From assembly GCA_965116875.1 (NCBI GenBank), contig OZ220733.1:4864001-4928000 (forward strand): DNA of 64,000 nt. The letters run 5' to 3'. The position numbers were made by a program, and so were the translations under genes. Numbering within the stretch: the first letter of the stretch is position 1; each line of letters begins with the position of its first letter. Source of the DNA: Candidatus Latescibacterota bacterium. Its GTDB lineage: Bacteria; Latescibacterota; UBA2968; GCA-2709665. The notes under the pieces were generated by a model. The model was not told the origin of the DNA, did no database searches, and was given only the letters and a program-made list of their open reading frames with translations. Below, in pieces: positions 50,245 through 61,649 of the stretch.

Positions 50245-53200
50245 TCAGACGGAAACGTCGGCCGATTCAGGCAATCTCCCGTTGCCGCGGTCAAGCGCCT
50301 CTCTCAGGTACCGGCCCGTATGCGATGCATTGACCCGCGCCACCTTCTCAGGCGTGCCTTCCGCAACCAGGTACCCGCCCTCATCCCCGCCTTCGGGCCC
50401 GAGGTCCACAATCCAGTCCGCCGTCCTGATGACATCCAGATTGTGCTCGATCACAATGACGGTATTGCCAGCATCTACGAGTCGATTCAACACATCAAGC
50501 AGTCTGGCCACGTCGGCCACGTGCAATCCGGTGGTTGGCTCGTCCAGCAGATATACGGTCCTGCCCGTGTTCGGCCGGGCGAGTTCCCGGGCGAGTTTTA
50601 CCCGCTGCGCTTCTCCTCCCGAAAGAGTCGTGGACGCCTGCCCCATCTTGATATACCCCAGTCCCACGTCAACCAGTGTCTTGAGGGACCGGCAGATTCC
50701 TGGTACGTTTTCAAACTGCCGCAATGCATGATCGACGGTCATATCCAGCACATCGGCAACCGACCGGCCCTTGTACAGGACATTCACCACGTCCCGGTTG
50801 TACCGCTTCCCGCCGCAATCCTCGCAGGTCACCCAGACGTCCGGCAGAAAATGCATTTCGATACACCGTGAACCCAGCCCCTTGCAAGCCTCACAGCGGC
50901 CCTTCCGGTGATTGAAACTGAAGTGCCCCGGTGAAAACCCTCTTACTCGTGCATCGGGCAATTGCGCATAGAGCGTTCGAACCCTGTCGAACACCTTCAC
51001 GTAGGTCGCCGGGTTGCTGCGCGGCGAAAACCCGATCGGGGACTGGTCTATGTTGATCACTTTGTCGATGCACTCCATTCCCCGGACCTCGTCGTAATCG
51101 GCCGGGGACCGGGGAACGCGGTTGACCCTGGCTGCAAGCGCCCCGTAAAGGACGTCATTTACCAGCGAGGACTTCCCGGACCCCGACACACCCGTGACGC
51201 CGATCAGCATTCCAAGCGGAAACTTCACGGTCAGGTCCTTCAGATTGTTGTGGCGGGCGCCCACCACTTCGATACATCCTCCAGGGGCCATCCGCCGGGG
51301 CGGCTGTTCGATGACCAACCCACCAGACAGATATTCCGCGGTCAGCGATCCGTTCTCAGTACGCAGGCGTTTGGGAGGCCCCTCCGCTACCAGCATTCCC
51401 CCGTGAGCCCCGGCGCCGGGTCCGAAATCCACAATGTGATCCGCGGTTTCCAACGTCTCGCGATCGTGCTCCACGACGAGCAGCGTATTGCCAAGGTCCC
51501 GCAGCTGGCGAAGGGCGGAAAGCAACCTTCGATTGTCCCGCTGATGAAGTCCGATGGTAGGCTCATCCAGCACGTACAGGACGCCGGTCAATCCCGATCC
51601 GATCTGGCTGGCAAGTCGGATTCGCTGCGCTTCGCCGCCCGACAACGTGGGCGCCCTTCGTGAGAGTGACAGGTAACCCAGGCCGACTTCGTACAGGAAC
51701 CGCATCCGGACGCGTATTTCCTGGAGGACTTCGCCAACGGCGTCGAGCTCGCGCCCCGTCAGTGACAGATCCAGAAGCCAGCGCCTCGACGCGCCGATGG
51801 GCAGGTCAGCCAGGTCACAAAGTGTCGTGCCGCGAAGGCGCACGGCGGCACTTTCCGGCTTGAGGCGCGCGCCGTTGCACGCTCGGCACGGCACGTCTTC
51901 AATCAGATCGCCCATCTTCTCGCGAAACCGCGGTGAGAGCCTCGCCAGTTCCTCCAGCGAATTGAACAAACCCCTATACTGGAATCCCACGCCGTCCGCG
52001 CCCTGAATCCATCGTTCCCCGGTACCGTAGAGCAGCGCCTCCTGTGCGGTCTGTGACATTCGCTCGACCGGCGTTTCCAGGTCGAATCCCCCCACTTCGC
52101 CAACGGACCGGATCATCGCCGCCAATGGACCGTCTCTCAGATCGCCGAGGACCGGAACCGCCCCCCGGGACAAGGAATTCTGAGGATCCGGAATCAGCGT
52201 GCTCTTTCCCATCCCCCGCTGGGTTCCCAGGCCATCGCACGACGCGCACCATCCCTCGGGGCTGTTGAACGAAAGCTGTTGCGGGGTGACCTCTTCGAAG
52301 CTTCTCCCGCACGACGGGCAGGACAGGGTCTGGCTGAATCTGGTTTCCAGGTCATCGTCGGGTGACGCCGCGACGACGACGCCGCCGGACAACGCCAGCG
52401 CTTTCTCGATGGAATCCGCAATGCGCTTCCGCACGCCGGGTCGAATCGTGACGCGATCCACGAGGATTTCCAGTCTGTGGGACTGCCGGTAGTCGATCTC
52501 GGGGGCGGCATTCAAGTCGAACACGTCCCCGTCCAGCCGGCCCCGCGGGTAACCGGCCCGCGCGGCCCTGGAAACCAATCCGTTATAGTCTTCTCCCCTG
52601 CCCGGCCGTTGGGGGCTCAGCAGATATACCCGTCTCCCGGATGGCATTTCCAGGATCCGGTCGACGATTTCGCGGACCGCGAGCGCCCCGGCCGGCACGC
52701 CGCAGTCAGGACAATGGACCTCCCCCACCAATGCAAACAGCGCCCTCAGGTAGTCATACACTTCGGTAACCGTGCCCACCGTTGAGCGCGGGTTTCTGCT
52801 GGCGGCTTTCTGCTCGATGGCGATTGCCGGCGACAGTCCGACAACGCGCTCCACCTTCGGCTTGGGAAGCTGTCCCAGAAACTGCCGCGCGTATGAGGAA
52901 AGAGATTCCACGTATCGCCTCTGGCCCTCGGTGAAAACCGTATCCAGCGCCATCGAGGACTTTCCGGATCCGGAAACACCCGATACGACGGTCAGCCTCT
53001 CGCGCGGGATCCGAACATCCACGTTTCGGAGGTTGTTCTCCCGTGCACCGGTAACCTGGATCTCCCGTACGAGTGCCCTGGTTCCCTCCTGGCGGCGACG
53101 TTCCGCGCCGGTCGCCACCTGGCAGTCTCCGCTCTCCAATGCGGACTGCAACGGATGCGCGGTAAGGGAACGACCGGCCCGCGCCACTTGTTCCGGGGTC

Positions 53201-55944
53201 CCCTGCGCCACCACGCGCCCGCCGGCTACCCCGCCGCCGGGCCCGAGGTCGATCACCCAGTCCGAAGTCTTGACGACGTCCATATTGTGCTCGATCACCA
53301 CCACCGTATTTCCCAGTTCCACGAGCCGGTGAAGCACCGTCAGCAGATTCTGTACGTCTGCAAAATGCAGGCCCGTCGTGGGCTCATCCAAAATATAAAG
53401 AGTGGATCCTGTCTGTTTGCGGCACAACTCTTTCGCCAGTTTTATTCTCTGAGCTTCTCCGCCGGACAAGGTTGGCGCCGGCTGCCCGAGTTTCACGTAC
53501 CCCATCCCCACCTCGACCAGCACCTTCAGTATGCGATGGATCTGCGGCACCGCGGCGAAGAAGGCGCATGCCCGCTCCACCTCCATTTCCAGCACATCCG
53601 CGATGGACGCGTCCCTGTATTGAACGTCCAGCGTCTCTCGATTGAAACGCCTTCCCTCGCAGATCTCGCAGGTCACCCATACGTCGGCCAGAAAATCCAT
53701 CTCGACAACGTTTGCGCCATTTCCGTCGCAGGCTTCACAGCGCCCGCCTTTCACGTTGAAACTGAACCTTCCGGGCCGGTATCCTCTCACCCTGGATTCG
53801 GGGAGGTCTGCGTACAACGCCCGGATCGGGCCGAACACACCGGTGTAGGTTGCCGGGTTGCTCCGTGGCGTACGCCCGATCGGCTGCTGGTCGATCTCGA
53901 TCACTTTATCCAGCGCATCGATGCCTTCGATGCGGTCGAATTCAGCGGGTTCGGTCTCCGCCCGATTCAATTCTCGCGCCAGCGTTCGGTAGACGATGTC
54001 GTTTACGAGCGAACTCTTCCCTGAACCGGATACGCCGGTCACACAGTTGAACACGCCAAGAGGAATTCTGACGTTGATTCCCCTGAGATTGTTCTGCCGG
54101 GCGCCGCATACGGTCAGATACGTTCCGGTGTGCGCCCTGCGGCGGGGTACAGCAATCGATTCCTTCCCGGCAAGGTAGGCACCCGTTCTGGACCTCTCCG
54201 ACAGAGCGATCGTGGGCCAGGGCCCGCAAGCGACCACCTCCCCTCCCAGATGACCGGGACCCGGTCCGAAATCCACGAGCCAGTCCGCCCTTCTCATCGT
54301 TTCTTCATCGTGCTCCACCACAATGATCGTATTCCCCGCGTCCCGCAACACGCACAGCGCGTCCAGCAGCTTCCTGTTGTCGCTCTGGTGCAGCCCGATC
54401 GAGGGTTCGTCCAGAACGTACGTTACCCCCACCAGTCCGCTGCCGATCTGTCCGGCCAGCCGGATGCGCTGCGCCTCGCCCCCGGACAGCGTCGGGGCCG
54501 TTCGATCCAGCGTCAGATAATCCAGGCCTACGTCGAGCAGAAATTTGAGCCGACCCCTGATTTCCTTGAGCGCATCTTCCGCGATCATCCGGCGGGTCGA
54601 GGTCAGATTCAAATCGCCGAAGAACGCGAAAGCGTCCCCAACCGACATCGCCGCGGCGGCCGGCAGCGATACTCCCTCGATTGTCACCGCTTCTGCTTCG
54701 CCCCTCAATCGCGCGCCGCGGCACGTGGGACATCGTCCCGTGCGCATGTAGGGTCCCAGCCTTCGCCGCCACGCCGGCGATCCGCCTTCCGCGTACCTGC
54801 GTTCCAACGGCGGAAAGATCCCGCCGAACGTATCGTAATGCCTGTAGACGTTTCCGTCACGCTTCCGCCACTCGAGCGTGATGGGTTTCTTGACTCCGTA
54901 CAGCAGTTCCTCCCGTGCGGTGCTGGAGATTTCCCGCCACGGTGTATTGACGTCAGCGCCGTGGCGGGCCAGCACGCCGTTGTAATAGTGTATCTTCCAC
55001 CGGTTTCGCGGCTCCCCGAGCGGCGCAATTGCGCCGTCCATTACAGACTGCGAGTCGTCCGGTACCGACCGCTCCGGATCCAGGGCAACCTGGGTACCGA
55101 GGCCTTTGCACGTGGGACACATCCCGTGTGGATTATTGAACGAAAACAACTGAGGCGTGGGCTCGGTTGCACTCAGACCGCACCGGGTGCAGGCAAAACT
55201 GGAACTCAACAGCAAATCCTCACCCTCCTCGAATCCCACGATCAGCGTGCCGTCGCCATACCCCAGGGCCGCATCGACCGCCTCGCCGATGCGCCCGCGT
55301 CCATCTTCCCTCACGACCAGCCGGTCCACGACGAGGTCTATATCGTGCCGGATATGTCGTTCGAGCCGCTGGGACTCGGTCAGCTGCACGATCCGTCCGT
55401 CCACGCGGACACGGAGGTAACCGTCCCTTTGAAGATCGTCGAACAGATCGAGATATTCGCCTTTTCTTCCACGTACAAGCGGCGCCATGACGTGGATCCG
55501 CGTTCCCGCGCCAAGGTCCATGATCCGATCCACGATTCCGTCGCGTGTCTGTGCGCCGATCCGTGTGCCGCAAGACACGCAATGCGGCTCGCCAACCCTC
55601 GCGTACAGAACGCGAAGGTAGTCGTAGATTTCCGTCATCGTACCCACGGTCGACCTGGGATTCCGCGCGGCAGCCTTCTGTTCGATGGATACCGTTGGCG
55701 AAAGACCCGTAATCTGATCCACGTCCGGCTTTCGGATCTGACCCAGAAACTGGCGTGCGTACGCGGAAAGGGACTCGATATAGCGACGCTGCCCTTCGGC
55801 GAAAATCGTATCGAAGGCCAGCGAGGACTTGCCGGAACCCGATACGCCCGTGAAGCATATCAGCTGATTTCGGGTAAGGGTGAGGTTCACATCCTTCAGG
55901 TTGTGAACCCGCGCGCCCCTGATTACGATGTCACGTGTTTCCAT
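50245..55944 (-). CDS. uvrA: Excinuclease ABC subunit A, tandem double-length (1899 aa)
   Basis: Four GVSGSGKSS Walker A motifs, four LSGGEAQR signatures, duplicated NPRSTVGT and Zn fingers. Confidence 0.97.
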   Translation of the reverse strand: METRDIVIRGARVHNLKDVNLTLTRNQLICFTGVSGSGKSSLAFDTIFAEGQRRYIESLSAYARQFLGQIRKPDVDQITGLSPTVSIEQKAAARNPRSTVGTMTEIYDYLRVLYARVGEPHCVSCGTRIGAQTRDGIVDRIMDLGAGTRIHVMAPLVRGRKGEYLDLFDDLQRDGYLRVRVDGRIVQLTESQRLERHIRHDIDLVVDRLVVREDGRGRIGEAVDAALGYGDGTLIVGFEEGEDLLLSSSFACTRCGLSATEPTPQLFSFNNPHGMCPTCKGLGTQVALDPERSVPDDSQSVMDGAIAPLGEPRNRWKIHYYNGVLARHGADVNTPWREISSTAREELLYGVKKPITLEWRKRDGNVYRHYDTFGGIFPPLERRYAEGGSPAWRRRLGPYMRTGRCPTCRGARLRGEAEAVTIEGVSLPAAAAMSVGDAFAFFGDLNLTSTRRMIAEDALKEIRGRLKFLLDVGLDYLTLDRTAPTLSGGEAQRIRLAGQIGSGLVGVTYVLDEPSIGLHQSDNRKLLDALCVLRDAGNTIIVVEHDEETMRRADWLVDFGPGPGHLGGEVVACGPWPTIALSERSRTGAYLAGKESIAVPRRRAHTGTYLTVCGARQNNLRGINVRIPLGVFNCVTGVSGSGKSSLVNDIVYRTLARELNRAETEPAEFDRIEGIDALDKVIEIDQQPIGRTPRSNPATYTGVFGPIRALYADLPESRVRGYRPGRFSFNVKGGRCEACDGNGANVVEMDFLADVWVTCEICEGRRFNRETLDVQYRDASIADVLEMEVERACAFFAAVPQIHRILKVLVEVGMGYVKLGQPAPTLSGGEAQRIKLAKELCRKQTGSTLYILDEPTTGLHFADVQNLLTVLHRLVELGNTVVVIEHNMDVVKTSDWVIDLGPGGGVAGGRVVAQGTPEQVARAGRSLTAHPLQSALESGDCQVATGAERRRQEGTRALVREIQVTGARENNLRNVDVRIPRERLTVVSGVSGSGKSSMALDTVFTEGQRRYVESLSSYARQFLGQLPKPKVERVVGLSPAIAIEQKAASRNPRSTVGTVTEVYDYLRALFALVGEVHCPDCGVPAGALAVREIVDRILEMPSGRRVYLLSPQRPGRGEDYNGLVSRAARAGYPRGRLDGDVFDLNAAPEIDYRQSHRLEILVDRVTIRPGVRKRIADSIEKALALSGGVVVAASPDDDLETRFSQTLSCPSCGRSFEEVTPQQLSFNSPEGWCASCDGLGTQRGMGKSTLIPDPQNSLSRGAVPVLGDLRDGPLAAMIRSVGEVGGFDLETPVERMSQTAQEALLYGTGERWIQGADGVGFQYRGLFNSLEELARLSPRFREKMGDLIEDVPCRACNGARLKPESAAVRLRGTTLCDLADLPIGASRRWLLDLSLTGRELDAVGEVLQEIRVRMRFLYEVGLGYLSLSRRAPTLSGGEAQRIRLASQIGSGLTGVLYVLDEPTIGLHQRDNRRLLSALRQLRDLGNTLLVVEHDRETLETADHIVDFGPGAGAHGGMLVAEGPPKRLRTENGSLTAEYLSGGLVIEQPPRRMAPGGCIEVVGARHNNLKDLTVKFPLGMLIGVTGVSGSGKSSLVNDVLYGALAARVNRVPRSPADYDEVRGMECIDKVINIDQSPIGFSPRSNPATYVKVFDRVRTLYAQLPDARVRGFSPGHFSFNHRKGRCEACKGLGSRCIEMHFLPDVWVTCEDCGGKRYNRDVVNVLYKGRSVADVLDMTVDHALRQFENVPGICRSLKTLVDVGLGYIKMGQASTTLSGGEAQRVKLARELARPNTGRTVYLLDEPTTGLHVADVARLLDVLNRLVDAGNTVIVIEHNLDVIRTADWIVDLGPEGGDEGGYLVAEGTPEKVARVNASHTGRYLREALDRGNGRLPESADVSV

Positions 55945-56160
55945 GCAATACCCAGGTTCCCGCGCGCAACGCGGGAGAACGGACGTCGTCCTGTAATGGC
56001 GCACCTTCCAATCGATTCCGGAGTCGATGCGCGGGTGTCATTGAGGGCAAGCCCCGGTTGTCACCGATCGTGAACGGCCATTCCGGAAACCGGTACAGCC
56101 CGGATACGAATGGAACAGGAAACCGTTCCCGGCCGGGGCCTTGTGAGATGATGGACTCGA

Positions 56161-56189
56161 AATATACTACTCAAATGTTCAGGTATCAA
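56161..56189 (-). promoter_or_regulatory. sigma70-type uvrA promoter with possible LexA-type operator in spacer
   Basis: TTGATA-N17-TATATT; spacer CCTGAACATTTGAGTAG. Confidence 0.6.
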
Positions 56190-56298
56190 GGAAAAACCTT
56201 ATGGGAGTCCCTTTATAGACAGCTGCGCTGACGCGCTCTCAGCCGCCCGGACACAGGAAAACTCAACGTTCCGATCCGTTCCACCGGTCCAGACGATC

Positions 56299-56334
56299 AA
56301 AAGCGCCTCTATCCTGGATGGACAGAGACGCTTT
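56299..56334 (-). terminator. Intrinsic terminator after STAS gene
   Basis: Minus strand AAAGCGTCTCTGTCC-ATCCA-GGATAGAGGCGCTTTT; mismatches become G-U pairs on this strand. Confidence 0.7.
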
Positions 56335-56362
56335 CATACTCTCTTCCGGTTGGTGGTCGCGT

Positions 56363-56716
56363 CTATTCGGGCGGCTGCGTCCTGAAACTGGCTACCGCAC
56401 GGTCCACGGAATCCAGGGTCCGGAAAATCCCCGCCAGCTGCGTGACCATCAGGATACTCTCGATTTTGCGGGTAATGCCCGTAAGACGCATATCTCCGCC
56501 CGCATGCCGGACCGTCGTCAGGCTGGCGGTCATGACGCCCAGCATGGAACTCCCAAACCATTTCACCTTCGAAAAATCGACCACAACCCTGCTTATACCG
56601 TCTTTTACCAACCGTTTGATATGGTCGTGAAATTCGGCCACTTCGGGACCGGACATCAGGGCGCCCGTTACCGTGAGGACGGCAACATCCTCCCGGATCT
56701 CCTCAGTGATTTTCAT
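56363..56716 (-). CDS. STAS-domain anti-sigma factor antagonist
   Basis: VVVDFSKVKWFGSSMLGVM, GGDMRL, ILMVTQL; 117 aa. Confidence 0.88.
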   Translation of the reverse strand: MKITEEIREDVAVLTVTGALMSGPEVAEFHDHIKRLVKDGISRVVVDFSKVKWFGSSMLGVMTASLTTVRHAGGDMRLTGITRKIESILMVTQLAGIFRTLDSVDRAVASFRTQPPE

Positions 56717-56798
56717 TGTTCTTCCCCCTCGATGGTTTCGGGTTACGGCAAACAACCGCACCAGCCTCAGTGACGCGTTGCAGTTCGTTTTGATCTGA

Positions 56799-57011
56799 AA
56801 AGCTGTCTTAAATTTCCCTGCGGTCTTCGCACCTGCCTGCTGCCGCAGGCAAGGCATGCGGCTGCAAAAGCTTCGGTCGGCGTTGGTCAAACCCGCCCGT
56901 CTTACGAGATCGAGGCTGCGCTTGCTCGCCTCTCATAACCGGATTTTCCCGCCTTGACCGCCACTTATTCGCTCGCGCTCGGGGATTCACCGGTAATTTT
57001 AAAACAGCTTC
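56799..57011. repeat. Repeat family A, copy 3 (213 bp, two nested hairpins)
   Basis: AAAGCTGTCTTAAATTTCCC...CACCGGTAATTTTAAAACAGCTTC; inserts at 56833-56859 and 56903-56934. Confidence 0.88.
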
Positions 57012-57032
57012 TGCGAAGATTTGCTGCCAACC

Positions 57033-57061
57033 AATATAATCCCAATCGCGCTCAGGATCAA
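57033..57061 (-). promoter_or_regulatory. sigma70-type promoter for STAS gene, upstream of repeat copy 3
   Basis: TTGATC-N17-TATATT on minus strand. Confidence 0.55.
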
Positions 57062-57187
57062 GTCAGGAATTTTACCGGGCACGACGATTACGACTGGAAT
57101 CGGCTTGACAAAGACCTGCTCTACAGCTTACTTATCTGCCGCCAATTCGGTGAAAGCAACCACTCTGCGAAAAGGAAGGCGAGACGC

Positions 57188-57982
57188 ATGGAGCTCGGAT
57201 GCAGCACGATACTTTATGGCGGGCACGACCTGGAAGTCGCAATGGAACGGATACAGGCGACGGGCTACCGGGCGATCGAACTTTGTTGTATCCCGGGAAT
57301 GGCGCCCCACCTGGCCATTGGCGGGAGTGACGCGTATTATCGTGACATCCGACGCCGTGCCGGGAACCACCGGTTGGTGATCGAATCTCTCGGCGCAAGC
57401 GGCAACCTTGAAGACGGGGACCGCTTCCTGCACATCCTGGATGCTGCGGCCTCGGTCGGGGCGCCCCTGGTCACAACGGGGCCCGGCGGGAAACCGGACG
57501 AAGAAGAATCGTTCAAGACAACGGTCCAGAAAATCAATGCCCTCGCTGTCCAGGCCGCCGAACGCGGCGTCAGGCTTGGTATCAAACCTCACGTCGGCAA
57601 CGCCGTGTACAACACGGATACGGCTTTCAGGTTTATGCAGATGGTCGATCGGAATTGGGTCGGGATCAACTACGACGCTACCCATATCTGGCGCAGCCCG
57701 CAGCGAGAGGTACCGGAAGAATGCATCGGCAGGATCAGCCGGTACATTGTTTCACTCAGAATCCGCGACGTCAAGGGCCGGCAGTCCGCGATCGGGCCGG
57801 TTGAAAACCAGGTCGCCGGCCAGGGAGATATGGATCTGCCCGCGCAGGCAGATGCGTTTCGAATGATCCCGGGCCTCGAATACGCGATTCTGGAAATCGT
57901 CGGTACACGGGACATGGGCGTGGACGACGTCGACAGTGTTCTCCGGCGGTCGTTTGACTACTTCCGGCCATTGTTTGAATGA
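57188..57982 (+). CDS. Sugar phosphate isomerase/epimerase (xylose-isomerase-like TIM barrel)
   Basis: GYRAIEL, LGIKPH, GINYDATH, LRIRD, GQGDMD, ILE; several usual metal ligands replaced (E>K, H>R). Confidence 0.8.
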   Translation: MELGCSTILYGGHDLEVAMERIQATGYRAIELCCIPGMAPHLAIGGSDAYYRDIRRRAGNHRLVIESLGASGNLEDGDRFLHILDAAASVGAPLVTTGPGGKPDEEESFKTTVQKINALAVQAAERGVRLGIKPHVGNAVYNTDTAFRFMQMVDRNWVGINYDATHIWRSPQREVPEECIGRISRYIVSLRIRDVKGRQSAIGPVENQVAGQGDMDLPAQADAFRMIPGLEYAILEIVGTRDMGVDDVDSVLRRSFDYFRPLFE

Positions 57983-58076
57983 GTTCAACGGAAATCCGGG
58001 AACCGGCCCCGGCGGACTCGACTTGCCCACGGCCTGAGTGATCGCTGTTTTCTGTTTCAATACAAGGAGCACTGGT

Positions 58077-59102
58077 ATGATCCGTGTCGGCGTCATCGGC
58101 ATGCGCGGCATCGGCGGCCAGCATGCCGCTGTATACGTGAACAACAACAGGACGGAACTCGTGGCTGTCTGCGACCAGGTACGGGAGCGCGCGGACAGCG
58201 CGGCCGAACGACTGGGCGCGAAACCGTTCTACGACGTGAACGAAATGCTTCGGTGCGAAGAACTCGACGCGGTGAGCATAGCGACCGGCGGCTTCGAAAA
58301 CGGCGGCGACCATTACGAACCCGCCATCCAGTGCATGGAAGCCGGATTGAACGTCCTGTGTGAGAAGCCCATCAGCAACAACATCGACCACGCCCGACAG
58401 ATGGTCAGGAGAGCGCGGGAGTGCGACGTCCGGTTTGGCATCAACCTGAACCACCGGTTCGTTCCACCCGCGGAAAAAGCCAGGGGCTGGATCGAAGAGG
58501 GGCGCCTGGGCCACCTGCTGCTCATCAACATGACCATGTGGATCGGCAACCCGAACGAGACTTCCCCCTGGTTCCACCTTCGGGCCCTGCACCCCCATTC
58601 GATCGACATCATGCGATACTTCTGCGGAAACGTGAAACGGGTGCAGGCATTTCTGAACAAGGCGCCCGGACGCAGCGGAAACAGTGCCTCGGTGTGCTGG
58701 TCGAACGCACAGATCAATATGCAATTTGAGAACGACGTTGTGGGCCACCTTACCGGCAGCTACGACACCAATCCTGCTCACAACCTGGAACGCTGTGAGG
58801 TACTGGGAAGCGAGGGCCGTTTCGTCCTGGACAACTGCTTTGAGGACCTGACGCTGTATCCGAGACGGTCCGAGGAACTCACGGTCGTTCGAAACTCCAT
58901 CATGGGCGGTCTGGTCTTCGAGGACACCTTTCCAAGACGCATCAACCGTTGGATCGAGCAACTGGATGAAGGCGCTCCACAGTCGGAAATCGAAGGGTCC
59001 GGCGAAGAGGGGCTGGCCGTACAGGAAGTCATCGAAGCGGCCATCCGCTCGTGGAAGGAGCAGACCATCGCGGACGTGCCGGCCGTTCACGGAGCGAGAT
59101 GA
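58077..59102 (+). CDS. Gfo/Idh/MocA oxidoreductase
   Basis: VGVIGMRGIG, LVAVCD, VLCEKP, HSID. Confidence 0.9.
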   Translation: MIRVGVIGMRGIGGQHAAVYVNNNRTELVAVCDQVRERADSAAERLGAKPFYDVNEMLRCEELDAVSIATGGFENGGDHYEPAIQCMEAGLNVLCEKPISNNIDHARQMVRRARECDVRFGINLNHRFVPPAEKARGWIEEGRLGHLLLINMTMWIGNPNETSPWFHLRALHPHSIDIMRYFCGNVKRVQAFLNKAPGRSGNSASVCWSNAQINMQFENDVVGHLTGSYDTNPAHNLERCEVLGSEGRFVLDNCFEDLTLYPRRSEELTVVRNSIMGGLVFEDTFPRRINRWIEQLDEGAPQSEIEGSGEEGLAVQEVIEAAIRSWKEQTIADVPAVHGAR

Positions 59103-60346
59103 GAATTGAACTGAACGGTGTGAATTATCGCATTCCGCAGACCCCGGTCGCCGTCATCTGTGTCGACGGCGGCGATCCGGAGTACAATGTGGCCGCGCGG
59201 AAGGCCGGAGCCATTCCCGCCATCGCCCGATTCATGGAATCCGGATTCGCCGGCGCCGCCCACTGCGTGATTCCGAGCTTCACGAATCCCAACAACCTCT
59301 CCATTGCCACAGGCGCCCCACCCTCTGTGCACGGTGTTTCCGGCAATTTCTACCTGGACCGGCGTACCGGCGAAGCGGTTCCCATGACGGGTCCCGCGAT
59401 GATGCGTTCACGTACGATTTTCGACGTCGTTTCCAGGGCCGGGGTGGAAACGGCCGTCATCACAGCGAAGGACAAACTCCGACGGCAACTCGGCAAGGGA
59501 ATGGACGTTGGCAACGGCAACATCTGTTTCTCTTCGCAATGCGCAGACCGCTGCACGCCCTTCGAGAACGGAATTCAGGACGCACTCGGCTGGGTCGGCC
59601 GACCGTTGCCCGACATGTATTCAGACGCGCTGTCGCTGTTCGTGCTCGACGCCGGCATCCGGTTTCTCCAGGACGGTACCCGGCCGCGCCTGGCGTACCT
59701 GTCGCTTACGGATTACGTCCAGCATAAATACCCTCCTGACCATCCCGTCGCCCTGGATTTCTATCGAATGGTCGACCGGCGATGCGCGGAACTTGACCGG
59801 CTTGGCGCAACGGTGGCGCTGGTAGCCGATCATGGGATGAAGGACAAATGCGCACGGGACGGAACGTACAATATCATCTATCTTCAGGACCTGCTGGACA
59901 GGCGCTTCGGATCGGGAAGAACGCGGGTGATCTGTCCGATCACCGATGCGTTCGTGGGGCATCATGGCGCTTTGGGGGGATTCGTCCGGGTGTACTGCTT
60001 CGAAGGCCTGAACGTCGTCGACGCGATCCGTTTTATTGAAACGATCCACGGGATCGATTCTGTCCTGGAAGGGGCCGACGCGGCGAGCCGTTTCAGTCTT
60101 CCGCTCGACGTCGAAGGCGACGCCGTGGCGATTGCCTCCGAGGGGTTCTGTATCGGCATGACGCCGGGCGATCACGACCTCGAGGGGCTGCACGGCGATC
60201 GCCTGCGCTCTCACGGCGGCCTCTCGGAGCGGGAGGTGCCGTTCATCCTCAACCGTCCGCTGAACCGGGAATACCTGGCGCGCGCCGGGTCGGAACAACT
60301 GATGAACTACCACATCTTCGAATATGCGTTAAACGGGATTGCGTGA
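59099..60346 (+). CDS. phnA: Phosphonoacetate hydrolase
   Basis: ICVDG, PSFTNPNNLSI (Thr), TAKDKLR, TDYVQHKY, ADHGM, CPITD..V.HHGALG, LRSHGG. Confidence 0.93.
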   Translation: MRIELNGVNYRIPQTPVAVICVDGGDPEYNVAARKAGAIPAIARFMESGFAGAAHCVIPSFTNPNNLSIATGAPPSVHGVSGNFYLDRRTGEAVPMTGPAMMRSRTIFDVVSRAGVETAVITAKDKLRRQLGKGMDVGNGNICFSSQCADRCTPFENGIQDALGWVGRPLPDMYSDALSLFVLDAGIRFLQDGTRPRLAYLSLTDYVQHKYPPDHPVALDFYRMVDRRCAELDRLGATVALVADHGMKDKCARDGTYNIIYLQDLLDRRFGSGRTRVICPITDAFVGHHGALGGFVRVYCFEGLNVVDAIRFIETIHGIDSVLEGADAASRFSLPLDVEGDAVAIASEGFCIGMTPGDHDLEGLHGDRLRSHGGLSEREVPFILNRPLNREYLARAGSEQLMNYHIFEYALNGIA

Positions 60347-60405
60347 GGAGACTTCAGGATGGCCGTCATTTCGAGACTTCCCGACCAAAAACGAGAATGG
60401 GAGAT

Positions 60406-60804
60406 ATGAAAATGGGTTCGACCAAACTGTACGAAGCCGCTTTTCCCTATGCCGACAACGTACTGGCCCTTCCAGTCGAGGATATCGACAATGCTTCAAC
60501 CTGGTACTGTAACACGTTTGGGCTCAACGAGGTAGAGCGTCACTGCAATCCCGTTCCCACGGTCATTCTCGAGCGGGACGGCGTCCGGATCGGATTCGCC
60601 GTGAATGGCGGCGACCCGGGACAGGAAGGGGCGGCCATTCTCGTGTCCGATATCCACAGGGCGAGGCAGGAATTGGAGGCGAACGGAGTCCGGACCGGCA
60701 ACTGGCGCGTCGACGAAAACAACGGCCGAAGGTTCCAGGTCTTCTTCGTCGTCGCCCCGGACGGGCTCTGTTACTATTTCCACCAGCCGATCGATGAAGG
60801 ATAG
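60406..60804 (+). CDS. VOC/glyoxalase family protein
   Basis: LPVEDIDNASTWY, VSDI...EL, FFVVAPDG. Confidence 0.8.
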   Translation: MKMGSTKLYEAAFPYADNVLALPVEDIDNASTWYCNTFGLNEVERHCNPVPTVILERDGVRIGFAVNGGDPGQEGAAILVSDIHRARQELEANGVRTGNWRVDENNGRRFQVFFVVAPDGLCYYFHQPIDEG

Positions 60805-60810
60805 ACGCAG

Positions 60811-60836
60811 AAAAAGCCCGGGTTCGGAGCCCGGCC
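60811..60836 (-). terminator. Hairpin terminator between convergent genes
   Basis: Minus strand GGCCGGGCTCCGAACCCGGGCTTTTT. Confidence 0.55.
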
Positions 60837-60882
60837 TTACTGAATTCGCGCCTGGATGAGAGCGAGGAGCGAGGTGGAATGG

Positions 60883-61575
60883 CTATCGTCCCTTCTTCCT
60901 CTGTTTCTCTTTCCTGGCGAACGACTTTGCGATGCAAGACGCCGCGTCCGGCGTCTTGCAGTTCGTTTCACCGTGGTCCACCTCAACGGGGCCGATCCGT
61001 TTCGCGGCCGCGATCGCCCGATCGCGATAGGTCGCACTATACGTCCCCAGAGCGATCAGCGCGTTGTTCATCGCGTAGCGGACGCGGTTCGGCTGCTCGT
61101 GAATCTGCGATTCGATTCGATCGAGGCAGGTGTCCAGAAGCGCCTCATCGACGTCCCCGTGATCGTTCAGAACCATCTCCGTGAAGGTATTCCATCCCGC
61201 CGCGGCAACCCACTCTCCCCGCCTGGAGGTCCACTTTCTGAACCGCGCCAAACCGCTCTTCGAGGCGCTTGCGAGAGCGCCAAGTTCCCCGGCGAGAATC
61301 GAGTTGTCGATATCGCGCGCCCAGGCGTCCAGCTGACCCGCGTTCATCGCCATCGGGTCCGCGATCCGCGTGGCCAGAGTTCGTGCGTCGTGGTTGCCCG
61401 TATCCCACAACGCATCGGCCAGCTGGTGGTCCCGCTTTATCTTTCGAACCATCCTGTTCAGGTTGGCATAGCTGACGCCGTACATCGGCGCGTTGACGCC
61501 ATGGCGCGCATAGACCTTGCGGTTCTGCGCCGTGCCCAGTTCTTCGAGCATTGAAAGTGTCTCGCTCACTGTCAT
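60883..61575 (-). CDS. DNA alkylation repair protein (AlkD-like HEAT family)
   Basis: YGVSYANL, KRDHQLADALWDTGNHDAR, RYAMNNALIA, IGPVEVDHGETNCKTPDA. Confidence 0.85.
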   Translation of the reverse strand: MTVSETLSMLEELGTAQNRKVYARHGVNAPMYGVSYANLNRMVRKIKRDHQLADALWDTGNHDARTLATRIADPMAMNAGQLDAWARDIDNSILAGELGALASASKSGLARFRKWTSRRGEWVAAAGWNTFTEMVLNDHGDVDEALLDTCLDRIESQIHEQPNRVRYAMNNALIALGTYSATYRDRAIAAAKRIGPVEVDHGETNCKTPDAASCIAKSFARKEKQRKKGR

Positions 61576-61649
61576 CGTTCCCTGCCTCACGGGGACTTCG
61601 CGCCACTTCTGCCGAGCTTGCCCCCCCGCAGCTTCGGAGCTTGCGGGAC

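Noticed and set aside
56717-57187. N-terminal extensions of the STAS and TIM-barrel ORFs (likewise mreB, DUF402 and the Trx protein) given in the ORF track
   Set aside because: They are translations of repeat or leader DNA; better starts lie downstream at the domain boundaries, most with a clear RBS.
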